64,000 nucleotides of DNA from Chiloscyllium plagiosum (taxonomy: Eukaryota), in assembly GCF_004010195.1 (NCBI RefSeq), contig NC_057760.1, positions 4,392,522 to 4,456,521 on the forward strand, in the 5' to 3' direction. The stretch's first letter is position 1. Each line of letters begins with the position of its first letter. Shown piece by piece: positions 23,905-36,599 of this stretch. Below the pieces are notes generated by a model. It did not search any database, was not told the origin of the DNA, and saw only the letters and a program-made list of their open reading frames with translations. The position numbers and the translations under genes were made by a program.

Positions 23905-26680
23905 ATGGGGTGTTAACTAATTCGGCAGGAGGATGGGAACCTAAATTGTAGTTCCAGTATACAGGAGGTTGAGAGTAGTGAGGTCAGATACAAGATTTCA
24001 AGGTTGCAAGAAGGCACTGGCAAGCAAGAAGTTGGTTTGAAGTGTGTCTACTTCAACACCAAGAGTAAGGTGGGTGAACTTGCAGCATGGATAGGTACCT
24101 GGGATTTCGATGTTGTGGCCATTTCAGAGACATGGATAGAGCAGGGACAGGAATGGTTGTTGCACATTCCGGGATTTAAGAACAGAGAAGACGGCAAAAT
24201 GGGAGGTGTGGCATTGTTAATCAAGGACAGTATTACGGTTGCAGAAAGGATGTTTGAGGACTAGTCTACTGAGGTAGTATGGGCTGAGATTAGAAACTGG
24301 AAAGGAGAGGTCACCCTATTGGGAGTTTTCTATAAGCCCTCCGAATAGTTCCAGAGATGTAAAGGAAAGGATAGCAAAGATGTTTCTGGTTAGGAGCGAG
24401 AATAATAGGGTAGTTATGGGGGACTTTAACTGTCCAAATATTGACAGGGGTTACGATAGTGCAAGTACTTTAGATGGGTCAGTTTTTGTCCAATGTGTGC
24501 AGGAGGGTTTCTTGCCAACAAGGGCCGAGGCCACCTTGGATTTGCTACTGGGTAATGAACCCAGCCAGGTGTTAGATTTGGAGGTAGGTGAGCGCTTTGG
24601 TGATAGTGACTACAATTCGGTTATGTTTACTTTAGTGATGGAAAGGGGTAGTGCAAGAGTTACAGCTGGGGGAAAGGCAATTATGATGCGATAAGGCAAG
24701 ATTTAGGATGCATAGGATTGGGAAGGAAACTGCAGAGGATGGGTACATTAGAAATGTGGAGCATATTCAAGGAACAGCTACTGCATGTCATTGGTAAGTA
24801 TGTACCTGTCAGGCAGGGAGAAGGTGGTCAAGTGAGGGAGCTGTGGTTTACTAAAGAAGTTGAAGCTCTTGTCAAGAGAAAGAAGGTGGCTTATGTTAGG
24901 ATGAGACATGAAGGCTGAGTTACAGCGCTTGAGAGTTACAAGTTAACCAGGAAAGACTTAAAGAGAGAGCTGAAAAGAGCCAGGAGGGGACATGAGAAGT
25001 TGTTGGCAGATAGGATTTTCCGTGATCCTAGGGCTTTGTATAGGTATATTAGGAATAAAAGAATGACTAGAGAAAGATTAGGAGGTAGTGAGGACTGCAG
25101 ATGCTGGAGATCTCAATGGAGAGTGTGGTGCTGGAAAAGCACAGCAGGTCAGATCCTGTTGAGTGGCTTATGCCCAAAACGTCGATTGGATGCTGCCTGA
25201 CCTGCTGTGCTTTTCCAGCACCCCACATTCTCAACACGAGAGTAAACTTAGGGCCAATTAAATATAATAGTGGGATGCTGTACATGGAGTCAGAGGAGAT
25301 ATGGGAAGCGCAAAACAAATATTTTTCATCAGTATTCACACTGGAAAAAGACAATGTTGTCCAGGAGGATATTGAGCTACAGGCTACTAGACTAGACTGG
25401 ATTGAGGTTCATAAGGAGGAGATGTTAGCAATTCTGCAAAATGTGAAAATAGATAAATGTCCTGGTCTGAATGGGATTTATCCTAGGATTCTCTGGGAAG
25501 CCAGGGAGAAGATTGCAGAGCCTTTAACTTTAATCTTTATGTCGTTATCATCTACAGCAATAGTGCCAGAAGACTGGAGGTAAGCAAATGTTCCCTTGTT
25601 CAAGAAGGGGAGTAGAGACAACCCCTGGTAATTATAGACCAGTGAGTCTTTCTTCAGTTGTGGGTAAATTGTTGGAAAGGGTTATAAGAGAGAGTATTTA
25701 TAATCATCTCGATGGGAATAAGTTGATTAGGGATAGTCAACATGGTTTTGTGAAGGGTAATCATGCCTCACAAACCTTATTGCGTTCTTTAAGAAGGTGA
25801 CCAAACAGGTGGATGAGGGTAAAGTGGTTGATGTGGTGTATATGGATTTCAGTAAGGTGTTTGATAAGGTTCCCCATGGTAGGCTCCTGCACAAAATACA
25901 CAGGCATGGGATTGAAGGTAATTTAGTGGTTTGGGTCAGAAATTCTCTAGCTGAAAGAAGAGAGAGGGTGGTGGTTGATGGGAAGTATTCATCCTGGAGT
26001 TCAGTTACTGGTGGTGCACCATAAAGAAGTGTTTTGGGGCCACTGCTGTTTGTCATTTTTTAAATATATAATTGACCTGGATGAGGACATAGAAGGATGG
26101 GTTAGTAAAGTTGCGGATGGCATTAAGGTTGGTACAGTTGTGGGTAGTGCTGAAGGATGTTGTAGGTTACAGAGGAACATCGATAAGCTGCAGAGCTGGG
26201 CTGAGAGGTGGAAAGTGGAGCGTCATGTGGAAAAGAGTGAGATGGTTCACTTTGGAAGGAGTAACAGGAGTGCAGAGTACTGGACGAATGGTAAGGTTCT
26301 TGGTATTGTAGATAAACAGAGATCTTGGTGTCCATGTGCATAGATCCCTGAAAGTTGCCACCCAGGTTTATAGGGGATGTTAAGAAGGCATATGATGTGT
26401 TAGGTTTTATTGGTAGAGCGATTTGAGTTTCGGAGCCATGCTGCAGCTTTATAAATATCTGGTGTGGCTGCACTTGGGGTATTGCATACAGATCTGGTCA
26501 CCGCATTATAGGAAGAATGTGCAAGCTTTGGAAAGGGTTCAGAGGAGATTTACTGGGATGTTGCCGGGTCTGGAGGGAATGTCTTATGAGGAAAGGTTGA
26601 GGCTGTTCTCATTAGAGAGAAGATTGAGAGCTGACTTAATTGAGATATAAGATAATCAGAGGGTTAGATAGGGTGGACAG
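23905..26680 (+). mobile_element. Long CR1 LINE (APE endonuclease + RT, disrupted)
   Basis: DVVAISETW, VMGDFN, LDLLLGNE, NYRPVSL, YMDFSKVFDKVPH motifs in order. Interrupted by a Penelope hairpin at ~25083-25235. Confidence 0.95.
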
Positions 26681-28899
26681 AAAACTCCCAACAGGGTGAC
26701 CCCTCCTTTCCTGTTTCTAACCTCAGCCCATACTACCTCAGTAGATGAGTCCTCATGAAATGTCTTTTCTGCCACCGTAATACTGTCCTCAGACTATTGT
26801 CCTAGGCCCAACCATCTTCACCTGCTTCATCAGTGACCGTCCCTCTATCATAAGGTCAGAAGTGGGGATGTTTGCTGATGATTGGTGCTGAACAGTACAC
26901 ATTCAGGTACTGAAGCAGTCCATCTTTAAATGCAGCAATACAGGTGGGAATGTGGAAAATGAAACTAACTGATCAACCATTATCTTATTGATTGTCAGCG
27001 AAGACTTGTCAGGGCAAATGACCACCTCCTGCTCCTGATTCATCCGTTATCCCCTAACCTTGGATTACTAGTTAAATGACAATACCATGCACCGCTTCCT
27101 ACCTTGCCATTCTAAGACTCTTACGGCCTTTAAAGTGAACTGTTCAATTCAAAAGATTTAAAAATAGATTTCACTTTTTCCCATCATAGTTATTCGAGGA
27201 TTCCCACTCTCGCTAAATTCCCAGATTGGTCACTCTTTTGTTTGCCCTTCTCTGCTGGGGCCACTCAATGCCGCAGTTGGAAATGTGAAAACAAAAGGTT
27301 TGGGGTTGGAGGAGATATCCAAGTTGGGGAGGGATGAAGCCTTTAAAAGCAAAAAAGAGAATTATAAAATTTAAGGGGTGATTTCATAAGGAGCCTGTGG
27401 AGGTGGGTGCCCACAGATGTGATGAGGAAATGTGATCAAAGTCTGGCTGTGAATTAGGAATCTTGCAGGACCTTGCGTTCACAGAGGCCAGGCTATGGGG
27501 TCTGATCAGGAGCACGTTTAGATTAGTTGGGTCTAGACCTTCACCAACCTCTATACTTGCCATGGAATTGTCAACTCTGGAGGACCAAAGGCTTCCACAG
27601 TAGAAAAGTCATGACTGGAATAGGATCATGCATTGATAATTTATGAAACCCCATAATAGGCCACAAGGTTAAGGCAGTAAAGATTAGGTGGTATTAGGAA
27701 ACGACGAGTAAATTAAAGACCTGAGTGAGTGAGTAAAATTCTGGAGTTCTGAAACAATTTGAAGGGAAGAGGAGGTTTTACTTGATGGGGGTCATATGCA
27801 CCATCATGTGGCAATAATGGTCTGGGGGATAGATGATCACTCTGAGAACCAGGAAGTTGTACAGAATGGGCCTTCTGAAAACTTTATGGAATTGTAAAAA
27901 CCTGAAAGTTCTCCACAAGATGGCAATAAAGTTTGCTAATAGCAGGGTGATGAAACTTATTTACATGTTACTCCAGAGAGAAGAGGTTGGCTTCCTTTGG
28001 AATAGTTGAAAAGAGATGCAGTTCAGAAGACAAGTGAGAAACGATAACAGTACGGTAAGGTAGAATTTGATTTAATTGGGATAATTTCATAGGAATCGAG
28101 GCCTAGGTTTTTATGATGTGTGTGGAAGATCTTCCCAAAGCATGAAATCTTCATCTTTAAGCCTTTCAGTTACAGTCAGCCAATCCCCTAATGAATACTA
28201 GAATGCAATCCCCAAACATGAATAAAATCTCGGTGCAAGTTTGGTTATATTTCCTGCCTGTTCCCATTAGTCTTGCGAATGTCTTGGTAGCAAAAATTAC
28301 CTGATGTTCCTGTGTTTGTTACCAGAAGCTGCGTGTTCAGTTCTGATCTGAACATTGACATGTACACAACCTGTTAAATCCACAAGTTTCTGGGCTGACA
28401 TCAAGTTAACTGAAGAATTGGGGTTTGGGATGGGAGTGGGGGTGTGTTGGTGGGATATGGAATTCTCATAGAAGCTTATAGAATTCTAATAGGATTAGGC
28501 AGGTTAGACACAGGAAGGATGTTTGTAATGACTGAGTGTCCAGAACCTGGGCGCTCAACCCATGGTGAAATTCTCTGCCAAAAAGCATTCAAGGTTGAAC
28601 ATGGAATAGAGATGGAATGTTTTCAAGAAAGAGTTGGATATAGTTGTTAGGACTAAAGGGATCAAAGGTTATGGGGAGAAAGCAGGAACAGGGGACTGAG
28701 TTGAATGACAAGCTATGATCATGAATGGTGGAGTTGGTTCGAAGGACCTTTTTTGAAAAGGCCTCAGAAATCCCATATTCCTGTGAAGTATGATCGATGT
28801 TTTTCAGGAGAAAGAACCCATTGTCTGTCAAGTTCAGTGGCTGACATTTACTTCATTCAACTAATCCTAAAACAGATAGTGGTCTATACTCATGTAATC

Positions 28900-29126
28900 G
28901 GGAGAAAGTGAGGACTGCAGATGCTGGAGATCAGAGCTTAAAAATGTGTTGCTGGAAAAGCGCAGCAGGTCAGGCAGCATCAAAGGAACAGGAGAATTGA
29001 CGTTTCGGGCATAAGCCCTTCTTCAGGAATTCCTCATTCCTGAAGAAGGGCTTATGCCCAAAACATTGATTCTCCTGTTCCTTTGATGCAGCCTGACCTG
29101 CGCTTTTCCAGCAACACATTTTTAAG
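28900..29126. mobile_element. Penelope-like pseudo-LTR inverted-repeat insertion with 16-bp TSD
   Basis: ~90-bp inverted arms. CTATACTCATGTAATC is duplicated at 28884-28899 and 29127-29142. Same family at ~25083, 32694, 43881, 48483, 54690, 55644, 63350 and 63653. Confidence 0.8.
28999..29026 (-). ncRNA. Minimal hammerhead-ribozyme core (Penelope type)
   Basis: The - strand reads CUGAAGA-A-GGGC-UUAU-GCCC-GAAAC-GUC. Confidence 0.6.
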
Positions 29127-29810
29127 CTATACTCATGTAATCTACAGTTACAGCACAGAGAAAGGCTAATGTGTCTGCATCAGCAGCTCCTCTGATCACA
29201 CTCCTCCAACTTTTTACCATGACCAATGGATATAAATCCAATTCTCTGTGGAAAGCCTCAGCCTGAGGCAGTGCTTCTCATCCTGATCACTGACTGTTCC
29301 ATCATCATCATCGCCATTGAAGGCCAATGTTGTGAGAGTGCTGCGCTGTTGCAGGGTCACGACTGAAGGAGTGCTGCACTGTTGGCAATGCTGTATTCCA
29401 GATGAGATATTAAGCTAATTCCCCAACTTTGATCCCACGGACCTTGGAGTGTGAAGGGTTAAATCCAATTTCACTACAGTGCCAGGTTAAAAGGAAGTGG
29501 GCCAGCACAAAAAATGACAGCTTCTTAATGAAGTATGGGATATAGATAATTAATTTTAATAGATTCAAAGGGAAGTTAATTAAATATTGAAATTAAAATA
29601 TTACACTATTAGCTGATGATTAGTCTTATGTGGTCAGAAATAAATTAAACAGGGACCAAATCTCAAAGGGTTTACGTGTTACCAACTGGAGAGCCAGAAA
29701 AAAAACAGCACTTGGGCATTTACTCCAGCTCAGATTCATTTTGATTCAAGAACAGATTTTGATTATAGTGTGCATGGATTTGTGTGCCTGTGTCCCTGTC
29801 TCTGGAACGT

Positions 29811-30005
29811 GGAACATAGAAGAATACAGCGCAGTACAGGCCCTTCGGCCCTCGATGTTGCGCCGATCCAAGCCCACCTAACCTACACTAGCCCACTATC
29901 CTCCAAATGCCTATCCAATGCCCGCTTAAATGCCCATAATGAGGGAGAATCCACCACTGCTACTGGCAGGGCATTCCATGAACTCACGACTCGCTGAGTA
30001 AAGAA
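29811..30005 (-). mobile_element. Young CR1 3' end
   Basis: Near-identical reverse complement of ~15745-15937. Confidence 0.9.
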
Positions 30006-32042
30006 AGTGTGATGTCCAGAAATGAACACAATACATTAATGGAGGTGTGATTAGCGTTTTAGTATAATGTCTTTTTTTATTCTATTTCTGTACAAATAAA
30101 GCCAAGGATCACATCAGCTTTAATTCATCTGCCTTCTTGACCTTATGCAGCCCTATGTCTCCCTGCTTTGAGCACCTTTAAAACTGTATCACCACCTCTC
30201 TTCGTTCTTTCTACCAAAATATAATACTTTGTGCTCTGTGCACTAAATATTTTCTGCCAAGTGTCTGTGCATTTTATTAGTTTACGTCCTTCTGAAGCCT
30301 GTAATTATCTTCCTCATTACTTAGTACATATTTTAGTTGATTATCGTGCACAAACTTTAAAATTATGCCCCATCTACCCACGTCCCAGTCATTAATACAC
30401 ATCAAAAAGAGCAATAGCCCTCATAGCAACTCCTGGGGAGCATCATGCTACACTTTCCTCCAGTCTGAAACATCAGTATTCACTGCTACTCTCTATTTTC
30501 TGTCCTTTATTTTGAATTCATTCTGCTGGCTTCTTTTTTTAAAATCCCATGGGCTTTACTTTTATTAACAAGTCCATTGAATACCTTGTCAAACATCTTC
30601 CACATTTCCATATTCATAATATCAACTGCACCTCTTTCACTGGCTACATCAAAGAACTGAATCAAGTTAGTCAAATATGATTTTAAAAAAGCCATGTTGC
30701 CTTTCATTTAACCATGCTGTTCCAAATTCAGGTTCACTTTGTACTGGATTATTGTCTTGAATAATTTCCTTACTATTAATGTTAGGCTGACTGACTTTTC
30801 ATTCTGAGTTTATGCATTGCCTACCATCACCTGAATTCAATAAGGTTTGTGAGGCACGACCTGCCCTTCACAAAACCATGCTGACTATCCTTGATCACAT
30901 TATTCCTATCCAGATGTTCATAAATCCTATCCCTTACAATTCTCTCTAAGATTTTGCCCACAACAGAAGTGAGACTCACCGGCCTATAGTTACTAGGGTT
31001 ATCCCTACTCCCCTTCTTGAACAGCTCTCTTCCTGTTTGAAGGAAGTCCTGTCTGAAAGAAGTTGCTTGTTACTGGTTTTTGTACTTACTGTTCTGATTG
31101 AGGCATCATGTTTGGGAAAGGCAAGTCCAATCACTGGTGAAACGTTGATAGAGGCTATCACCAATTCGGTATCAGGGAGTGAATCCACCTCCACCCCACC
31201 TCCAGCTGTCAGTTTGTAAGGGGCAGACAGTGAATACCCTTGTAGAGGACAGGAGATGGTTCATCCTTTTCCCTCACTGCAGCCAGGTTCAGTGTCACCC
31301 ATTGCACTAACCTTCATTGCTGCCTCCATTCAGGTCACTTTGGGCTGATGCTGACCCCAAACAGGGAGCTGCACTTCTGGCCTTTTCCAAAAAGCTGGAG
31401 GCGAACTCACTGTCTCATATTCTCACACCGTCTTTCTCAATCTGTCTCATACACTCGCTCTCTCACAGCAAAAGGAAGTCCCTGTCACGTGTCAGCTTGC
31501 CTAAAGTCTGGGCCTGAGAATTTTGGGAAAGTTTACTCTTTGGGTTCAGATTCCAGGATTTCAGTTCCTGGGACTCAAAAAAAACTGAAACATAATTAGG
31601 CACCAAGTGGTCAGGATTGAAATGCAGTCCAAATCGATTCAACCAAATGCTTTAACCCTAACTCTAATGGAACAGGAACTGGACTGTTCTTTGCACTGAT
31701 TCCAAAGTACAATTCTGTTCTCAGAGAAGATGAAAGAATAAATAGAAGAACAAAAAACTGGGAGATACTGGAGCATGAGACATGGTAAATTGAAAGTTCA
31801 GGCAGGATGTTCCTGGGATCTGGTGAACATCGGAAGATCCCAGCTTCCAGGAAAGGATCAGAAAGCAACTCAATTCGTTAAAGTAGATTTTTCTCAATTT
31901 GTGTTTATATTAAAGGGATATTTTAACTAAAGGAATACAGGACTCAGATGCAAATGAAAGGTAAACAAGGTATTTATAAATGAATTAAAATGGAAAGCTA
32001 GTAATCACATCACGAGGAGAGTCTGACTTAATTTTTTCCATT

Positions 32043-32048
32043 TTTATT
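32043..32048 (-). promoter_or_regulatory. Candidate ERR polyadenylation signal
   Basis: TTTATT on + (AATAAA on -) about 290 nt downstream of the stop codon. Confidence 0.5.
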
Positions 32049-32334
32049 GTGACTTTGTTAAATAAACTTTACAGTTCTTGAAAATCTTTTATGTTACGTA
32101 TCAGCAGTGTGGGTTTGTGGAAGTTGCATAATGAGGACCTCCTATGGTGTGCTGTGACTGTGGGCAGATTAGCCTTTGTCACAACAAGACTGGGTTACAG
32201 TGCACACAAAGAAGCCATGCATTCAGAAAGAACGCCCCAAGAGGCAATCCAGTTCCACTAATTCCTTCAGTTGCAGTTCACAGCTGGTCAGTCTTTGAGG
32301 GGCAGATGTTGAGGCAGACTCTGAACTCCAGCTT

Positions 32335-32579
32335 TTAGGCTTTAGCTTCCAGCATCTCAAGGAATAGTTTGTGCATTGGCACCTTACCCTCTGTCACCAC
32401 TCTCCGGAAGCTCTGTATGGCTTTGTTTGCAGTTTGCCGGAGAAGGGGTAAAGTCATCAGTAATTTGCCACTGCGGTGAGGATCTGCCAAATGCTGGTTT
32501 GTCTCGTAGTCCTGCAGAGCTTCATGGAGGAGATCCTGCAGATTCTGAATGGCCTCAACGTTCTCAATACTCATTGAGT
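32335..32579 (-). CDS. esrrd: ERR last coding exon: LBD helices 9-12 / AF-2, stop TAA
   Basis: cgcag|AC, 245 nt. Encodes [26 protein letters not shown]...[14 protein letters not shown]...[17 protein letters not shown]. Confidence 0.9.
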
Positions 32580-32693
32580 CTGCGATCAAATTGAGGAACA
32601 TATGAGACAGTTTGCTGGTGGTTTTACCCTGGTTTACCCTTCCCCCGAACAGAGCTATACAAAGGCCATTGACCACACACTGATGTGCGCCAA

Positions 32694-32883
32694 GAGTGTG
32701 GTGTGGAAAAGCACAGCAGGTCAGGCAGCATCCGAGGAGCAGGAAAATCGACAATCAAGCCCTTCATCAGGCTTTTGTCCAAAACGTCGATTTTCCTGCT
32801 CCTCAGATGCTGCCTGACCTGCTTTGCTTTTCCAGCACCACACTCTCTGCTTTAATCCCCAGCATCTGCAATCCTCACTTTTG
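32694..32883. mobile_element. Penelope-like hairpin insertion
   Basis: Inverted arms; ~21-bp TSD CCACACACTGATRTGCKCCAA at 32673-32693 and 32884-32904. Confidence 0.8.
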
Positions 32884-33330
32884 CCACACACTGATATGCT
32901 CCAATTGCTCCCTAGGGGTCTGCCGCAGTGTTTGAAGGGGTGCCCTCCTCTCCCATCCAGCAGTGCAAAGTGTGGATGTGGAGTCAGGGGCCATTGGTGG
33001 GATTGAGGATGAGGGACTTGGGGCTGTCTAGACAGGTGTTGGATACTGTGTGGAGGTGGGAGGGGAAGTTGGGAGAAGTTTGTGTGGCATGGGCTTTACT
33101 GGGGCTATATGTTTCTGTGGGGTGGGACCAGGGATCATTGGGGATGGTGGGGGAGAGGTTAACATCTGGGGGTGAGGAACTGGGATCAGTGGAGGATGGT
33201 GGTGTGTAGGGGTAACATCTCTCTGGGGTGGGAGTCAGGATGGTGATATGTGTGGATAACGCCTCAAAGGGGAAGTAAGTGTAATGACCGCGAGGGTGGG
33301 GAACGGGGTCAATATGGGATGAGGGTAATG

Positions 33331-33920
33331 TTCTAGATGTAGGTTTGCATGCTAAGCTGGAAGCTTCGTTTTAAGATGTTTCGTCACCATACTAGGTAAC
33401 ATCTTCAGTGAGCCTCCAGCTGAAGCACTTGTGGTGTAGTCTGCTTTCTACTGATATTTTTGGGTTTCCTTGGGTTGGTGATGTCAGTTCCTGTGGTGAC
33501 GTCAATTCCTGTTCTTTTTCTCAGGGGTTGGTAAATGGGATCCAAGTCAATGGGCTTGTTGATAGAGTTCCGGTTGGAATGCCATGCTTCTAGGAATTCT
33601 TGTGCCTGTCTTGTTTGGCTTGTCCTTGATGGATGTGTTGTCCCACTCGAAGTGGTGTCCTTCCTTATCTGTATGTAAGGATACTAGTGAGTGTGGGTAA
33701 TTTCTTTTTGTGGTTAGTTGATGTTCATGTATCCTGGTGGCTAGTTTTCTGCCTGTTTGTTCAATGTAGTGTTTGTTACAATTCTTTCAAGGTATTTTGT
33801 AAATGACATGACATGCAAATGACATCAGATGACAAAACGTCTGAAAATGAACCTTCCAGCTCAGCAAACAAACCTACATCCAGAACCTCAACCTGAGCTA
33901 CAAATCTTCTCAAAACTCGC
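33331..33920 (-). mobile_element. Penelope-like element: GIY-YIG remnant, pseudo-LTR and inverted partial pseudo-LTR
   Basis: The - strand encodes VIYKIP*KNCNKHYIEQTGRKLATRIHEH. 33331-33385 recurs inverted at ~33830-33886. Confidence 0.9.
33374..33412 (-). ncRNA. Hammerhead core in the Penelope pseudo-LTR (decayed cleavage site)
   Basis: UCA-CUGAAGA-U-GUUACC-UAGUAU-GGUGAC-GAAAC-AUC, with a 6-bp stem II. The inverted copy keeps AAAC-GUC-UGA. Confidence 0.65.
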
Positions 33921-35595
33921 GAATGGGGATAATGTTTCTGTGGAGGTTGGGAATAGGGATCGGTGAGGTGTGGGTGTAAGGCCTGTATGGAGGGGTTGGT
34001 GAGCAGGGATCAGTGGAAGTGGAGCTAATGTCTCAGTCGGGGTGTCACTCCCTTCTGTTTCCCTGGTTCTGAGTGAACCCTGGAGCTTGTGGAAAGTTGA
34101 ACTCTCTCGCTGCTGGCCCAACTGTTGACTGAGGACCTTCCACTCTTCCAAAGTAATGCCCTTCCACCTGCCGACCCCATGGTGGTGCTCCCAGTGATTA
34201 ACAAAATGAGAAAATAAATGAATAAAAATTTATTGGAAAAAATACGGATAGAGGCTGGCAGCCTCATTCAGAGAGAGAAAGACTGAAGTTATCCCTTACC
34301 CTTCTTTGCATTCTCTTGTTCCACACTCATTCTATTCCTCCTCAGCCTTCCCTGCTCACTCCTCCATCTCTTTCCACTTCCCTCACACTCCCCATTCCTC
34401 AAGCATGCTCTTAGTCACTTCCCATCTCCCTCATTTACTCTCAACACTTCACTTTCCCCTCAGTCTCTGCCTCCCTCTACTGCTCCCCCTCATCCTCTCT
34501 CTACCCCCACCCTTCTCCATTGTGTATCCTCACTACCTCCCTCTCCCCCTTGTGTACCCTCACTATTTGGAATGGTTTACTCTGTGGACGAATGTAAATG
34601 GCAAAGTAATAATATTGTGTCAATCAATGAGATTGATGAACTCTTAATTACAAAATCAATCTCTCTCTTTTCTTCATTCCCCCAATCCTTTACATCTGTT
34701 AGACCCGAGCAGGTTCACACAATCTGTTCTCTCTCTCTCTGGCCATGCCTTGATGGTTTTTTATTATTATTCTAGGCTATTGGAGATAGTGACATTGAGG
34801 ATTAGACAGCAGCTCCCTCCAATAGGCTTTCTGTCAATACAATTGCTCACGTCCCTTGCTTAGGAAGTGACATATGTCAATAACTTTATCGGTCATCTGC
34901 TTCCTTTTAGCAAACAATGTTTAGCAAATGCACAAAAGGGTTGTGTCTCGTGCTTTGTCGCTTTGCAGACTCCACAGTTGGTGCACACACCATCCTTTTC
35001 TCATTAACATGCCACGCCAACAGCTTCGAGACTTCACCAGAAAAAGAGATGCCCTTGACAAAGAATTGGGATTGAAAAGGAAAGTCAAAAGGAGTTGGAA
35101 TCCTCATAATCATGCAACAGAAACCACCAGGAAATGAAGCCTGATTGAATTTTGTTATAACCACACCTAGACTCCATTCTCAGTTACACACCCTGTCTGT
35201 TTCAGTCCAAGATTCTCTTATAGTACACTCTCTGTTATACTGTCAGCATACACAACAGGAATAACACTGATAGCTGGTCTTGAATTGCAGAGGTTGGTGG
35301 GGGTGGTTGGCAGTTAGCTCAATAGGCAAAACGGTTACTGGTTTGGTCACTGAGATACACACCGAGGGAATGGAATAGCCACTGTTTACAAAAACTGCCA
35401 AGCAACAGCTGACGGTGAAGCCTCAGCAAATAAGAGGGCAAGGATCTGTCTTGGGAAAGTGCACAAATGACTAAATGACTTGAAGTGCGAACAGCAGGAA
35501 GCACTGGTTTTGTTCATTTGTGGGATGTGAGTTACACCCTTAACTGCCCCTGAGAAGTTAATGGTGACTCACCTTCTTAATATAGCTGAGTGATA

Positions 35596-35925
35596 TCATA
35601 GAATCCTTACAGTGTGGAAAAAGGCAATTTTGCCTAACAAGTCCACACCTACCCTCTGAAAAGTAACCCACCTAGGCCCATTACCCCTACCCTATTACTC
35701 TACATTTATACCTAACTAATGCACCTAACCTACACATTCCTGAACACAATGAATAATTTAGCACGGTTAATTCACCTAACCTGCACATCTTTGGACTGTG
35801 GGAGGAAACCCACACAGAGACACAGAGAATGTGCAAACTCCACACAGACAGTTGCCTGAGGCTGGAATTGAACCTGGGTCCCTGGTGCTGTGAGGCAACA
35901 GTGCTAACCACTGAGCCACCATGCA
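35596..35925 (-). mobile_element. HE1-type V-SINE
   Basis: tRNA-like head (GGTGGCTCAGTGGTTAGCAC; GGTTCAATTCC), V-domain GTGGAGTTTGCACATTCTC, CR1-like tail. Confidence 0.88.
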
Positions 35926-36599
35926 TTGTTCAAATACTTCAAAATGCAGCTGAAAATCAACCACCAGTTTTGTGATATTTCTAAATTTGACGAATGCCAC
36001 ATAAATATTTGGGTAGGTAGATGTGTTGCAGCTGTACCATGTATGGGATGCTTGTGGGATCCATGGTGACCACATGTTTTAGTCTAAAAGGTTTGTTCCT
36101 TAACTTTAAACAATGATCCCTAATCTCCCACCATCAGGAACACGCTTCCTGCATCTGACCTGTTTAGTCCTGTTAGAATTTTATATGTTTCTATGAGATC
36201 CCCTCTCAGTCTTCTAAACTTCAGTGAATACAATCCTAACTAACTCAAAACAAAAAATACTGGAAATCACAACAGGTCAGGCAGCAACCATGGAGAAACA
36301 GCAAGCTAACATTTTGAATCTAGATGACTCTTTATCAGAGTTCAATCACCCGGCCATCCCAAGAATCAATTTGGTCAACCTCTGGAAAGTGGGAGCTGTT
36401 ATCATTGTGATGATCTTTGTTTCAATGGTGCTGGGACTCATAAGACTAGAGCTTTAGAGGGGGCTTTAAAATAACTTTAATAGGAAGATGGAGGAGTCTC
36501 AGTTCCTGTCACATAAATCACAAACAGTCAGCATGTAACTAGAGATGGGCAATGAGTACTGGCCCACTCAGCAATGCCCACATTCCATGACTGAATAAA

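Noticed and set aside
28900..29126. MITE or pre-miRNA interpretation of the hairpins
   Set aside because: Arms are asymmetric, termini vary and TSDs are long and variable, which fits Penelope retrotransposition. There is no evidence for miRNA processing from sequence alone.
23000..32330. USH2A-like remnant between the two genes
   Set aside because: No laminin, EGF or fibronectin-type exons recognised; the interval is UTRs and repeats. A sensitive tBLASTn would be needed to exclude traces.
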